From: Chiloscyllium plagiosum
Lineage: Eukaryota
Direction of reading: 5' to 3'
Length of the DNA stretch: 64,000 nucleotides
NCBI RefSeq assembly: GCF_004010195.1
Contig: NC_057718.1
Location: 101,730,112 to 101,794,111, forward strand
Shown here: in pieces, positions 61,097 through 64,000 of the stretch
Position numbering within the stretch: position 1 is the stretch's first letter
How the letters are laid out: each line of letters begins with the position of its first letter
Notes under the pieces: model-generated
The model's database searches: none
Told to the model about the DNA's origin: nothing
What the model saw: only the letters and a program-made list of their open reading frames with translations
Position numbers and translations under genes: made by a program

Positions 61097-61645
61097 ATAG
61101 AGTCACAGAGATGTAGAGCACAGAAACAGACCCTTTGGTCCAACTTGTCCAAACCGAGCAGATATCCTAATCTAGGGTGTAGTGCTGGAAAAGCACAGCC
61201 AGTCAGGCAGCATCTGAGGAGCAGGAGAGTCGACATTTTGGGCATACTCTCCAAAATGTCGTTTCTCCTGCTCCTCAGATACTGCCTGACTTGCTGTGCT
61301 TTTCCAGCACTACCCTCGACTCTGAGCTCCAGCATCTGCAGTCCTCACTTTCTCCTAGATATCCTAATCTAATCCCATTTACCCACACTTGGTCCATATC
61401 CCTCTAAACCCCTCCTATTCATACACCAATCCAGATGCCTTTTAAATGTTGACATTGTACCAGCCTCCACCACTTCCTCTGGCAGTTCATTCCATATACG
61501 CACCACCCTCTGTGAGAAAAAGTTGCCCCTCAAGTCCCTTTTAAATTTTTCCCCTAAAACCTATGCCCTTTAGTTCTGGATTTCCCTACTGCAGGGAAAA
61601 GACCTTGTCGATTGACCTTTTCCATGCCCCTTATAATTTTATAAC
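61097..61645 (-). mobile_element. CR1 3' end interrupted by a fold-back mini-element
   Basis: atagagtcacagagatgtagagcacagaaacagaccc tail; the CR1 resumes after 61371. Confidence 0.87.
61175..61356. mobile_element. Fold-back mini-element from Penelope-like pLTR, 15-bp TSD
   Basis: tagtgctggaaaagcacagc...gacattttgg / ccaaaatgtc...gctgtgcttttccagcacta inverted arms; agatatcctaatcta at 61160-61174 and 61357-61371. Confidence 0.88.
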
Positions 61646-62196
61646 GACAGACCGTGAATTTGTTTTTCACCTTTTATGAGTTGGACAAAAGGGTCTGTTT
61701 CCATGCTGTACATCTCTATGATTCTATGTAAGTTTTTCATGGAACACATATAATCTTAGGACTCAAACCTAGAATGTTAATTACTTTTTAAAAACTAGCA
61801 TTTACTGAAAAATTTAAAGCTGAGAAGTCATAATAAAAACATTAAATGAACAAGCTTCATAAAAACTTAATAGCACTAGAAAGGTGACAGGAGTTGGAGA
61901 TTCACTGGGACTTGCCTGGTACTTTGGCAGCAACATAGTTGGACTTGGTTCTTTGTAGAACAATGGATGCTTTGAAGTTTAGTAAAACTAGGGTGAAAGC
62001 TTTTATTTTGGTAGCTCTGCAATGAAGGAATCTCATGTAAGCCATTCTGGGCTAAGGGTCGGGTTTGGTTCAGATTTGTGGAAAATAGAAAGGACAATAC
62101 TGCAAGCTTTTGCTCACTGGTGGATATATCATCTGTGTGTTAGCAAAGGAAGGCAAGAGTCATTACTGGCCTGGCAAGTGGGATAGAATCAATAAA

Positions 62197-64000
62197 GTAT
62201 GGTGCTGGTAAAAGCAGAGCAAGTCAGGCAGTTTCTGAGGAGCAAGAGAGTCAATGTTTTGGACTGAAGCCTTCATCAGGACTGGGGAGGGGGAAGGGAC
62301 CGGAGAAATAAATGGGGGAGGATATGGGGCTGGGGAAGGGTTATCAGGATGGAGATAGGTAGGTGGTGATTGTGATTGGTCAGTGTGAAGTGGGGAGTGA
62401 ACAGGTGGGAAGGAAGATGCCAGGTAGGTCAGATCAAGAGGGTGATGCTGAGTTGGAGGACTGGATCTGGGATGGGTCGGAGGAGTGGAAACTGGTGGAT
62501 TCAATGTTGAGCCATGTGGTTGTAGGCTCACGAGGTGGAAGATGAGGTGTTCCTCCTCCAGTTTGTTGACGGCCTTGTTTAGGTGGTGGAGGAGACTCGG
62601 AATGGAAAGGTCAATGGGGAGTGCAACAGGAAGTTGAAATGGATGGCCACAAGAAGGTGGGGTTGGTGGGTGTATAGGGACCAGAAATGTTCCCTAAACT
62701 GTTCTGTGAGTTTACACTCAGTCTCTCAGATGTAGAGGAGTCCACATTGAGAGCAACAAATGCAGTAAATGAGGTTTGAAGATATACAAGTAAATCTATG
62801 TCGGATTTGTAATGATCCTTTGGGGCCTTGGATGGAAGTGAGGGGGGAGGTGTGGGTAGGTTTTGTATCTCTTACAGCGATAGGGGAAGGTGCCTGGTGT
62901 GGTGAAGGATTTGGTAGGGAGTGTGGACCTAAAGAGGGGGTCATGGAAAAAATGGCCCCTATAGAATGTAGATAGAAGGTGGGGAGAAATATGCTTTTGG
63001 AGGTGTGGTCTAACTGTAGGTAGCAAAAATTGGCTGTGGATGATACACCAGACTTGGAGATTAGTGGGACTGAATGTGAGGACCAGAGGGATTCTATTCT
63101 TGGCACCTGTGCGTCTGCGTGTCAAGGGCAATGTGCGGGAAATGGAGGAGATACGATTGAGGGATAAGAGGGGAGGGAAAATTATGATCCTGGAAGTAGG
63201 ATGACATCTGGAATGCCCTGGAGTGGAATCGCTCATCCTGAGAGCAGATATGCAGAGGTGGAGGAATTGGGAGTAGGGGATCATGTTTTTACAGGAAGCG
63301 GGTGGGAGGATGTGTAGTCAAGGTAGTGTGGAAGTCGGTGGGCTTGAAGTAGATGTCAGTGTTAGGTTGGTCGCTGGAGAGGTCCAGGAAGGGAAGGGAG
63401 GTGTTGGAAATGGTTCAGATGAATTTGAGGTGAGGGTGGAAGATGTTGGTGTAGTGGATGTTCAAGCTCCTTGTGGGAACACGAGGCTGCACTGATACCG
63501 TCAGCCATCGTTGTAACTGAGGAAAAGGTGGAGAATGGTGCTCGTGTAGCTGTGGAAGAGGGACTGTTACATGTATTCTACAAAGAGGCAGCCATAGCTG
63601 GGACACATTCAAATACTCATAGCCACCCCTCTGGTTTGTAGGAAGTGGGAGGATTGAAAAAAGTTATTTAGGGGAGGGCAGTGTCAATGGAGGGGACTCG
63701 GTGGGTCAGCAGGAGAGGAAGAAATGGAGGGCTTTGAGGTCTTCCTCATGGGGATGCAGATGTAGAGTGTCTGGATGCCCATGGTAAAGATGAGATTTTG
63801 GGGGCTGGGGGAGGTGGAAGGCGTGGGTGGTGTCTTGAACTTACTTGGGGAGTTCCTGGACTAAGGGGGACAGGACAGAGTAAAGATAAGTGGAATGAGC
63901 TTGGTAGGACAGGAGACATTCGGTCAACCAGGATAGTTAAGTTTGTGAATTTTGGGTAAGAGATAGAAGTGGGTGGTGAGAGGTTGCAGGACTCGGAGGT
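62197..64000 (-). mobile_element. Penelope-like retroelement (RT + GIY-YIG remnants), continues past window end
   Basis: Minus-strand IPYSQFLHLC, RIPLVLTFSP, FTCISSNLIYCICCSQCGLLYI; pLTR with cctgatgaaggc at ~62197-62282. Confidence 0.88.

Noticed and set aside
17843..64000. Strand bias of intronic LINEs relative to KIF16B
   Set aside because: Roughly similar numbers in each orientation; too few to support a bias.
1..64000. CRISPR array, retron or other prokaryotic RT-linked system
   Set aside because: Vertebrate intron/exon DNA; all RT fragments are CR1, RTE or Penelope type; no regularly spaced repeat-spacer array.

Overview
Eukaryotic genomic DNA, not prokaryotic, and almost certainly from a cartilaginous fish: it carries HE1 SINEs, HER1/CR1 LINEs and a Deu-domain SINE. 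An orectolobiform shark such as a bamboo shark is an inference only. The draft assembly has three N-gaps. The only host gene I can support is the 3' end of KIF16B (kinesin-3 with a C-terminal PX domain) on the minus strand. Four phase-0 GT-AG coding exons (123, 90, 84 and 159 bp) encode the PX domain through the stop codon; none appears in the ORF track. A probable ~4 kb 3' UTR runs to about 13.6 kb, and the rest of the gene lies beyond position 64000. The remainder is intron or intergenic sequence filled with decayed retroelements: several CR1 subfamilies (one with ORF1 esterase, APE and RT), HE1 and other SINEs, an RTE fossil, Tc1/mariner-type MITEs and several Penelope-like (GIY-YIG) families. 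The most notable pattern is a set of very short fold-back Penelope-derived insertions with 13-16 bp target-site duplications, together with many hammerhead-ribozyme-like cores, one of them inside the putative KIF16B 3' UTR. I see no convincing novel protein-coding system. Exon and TSD coordinates were counted by hand; repeat boundaries are approximate.
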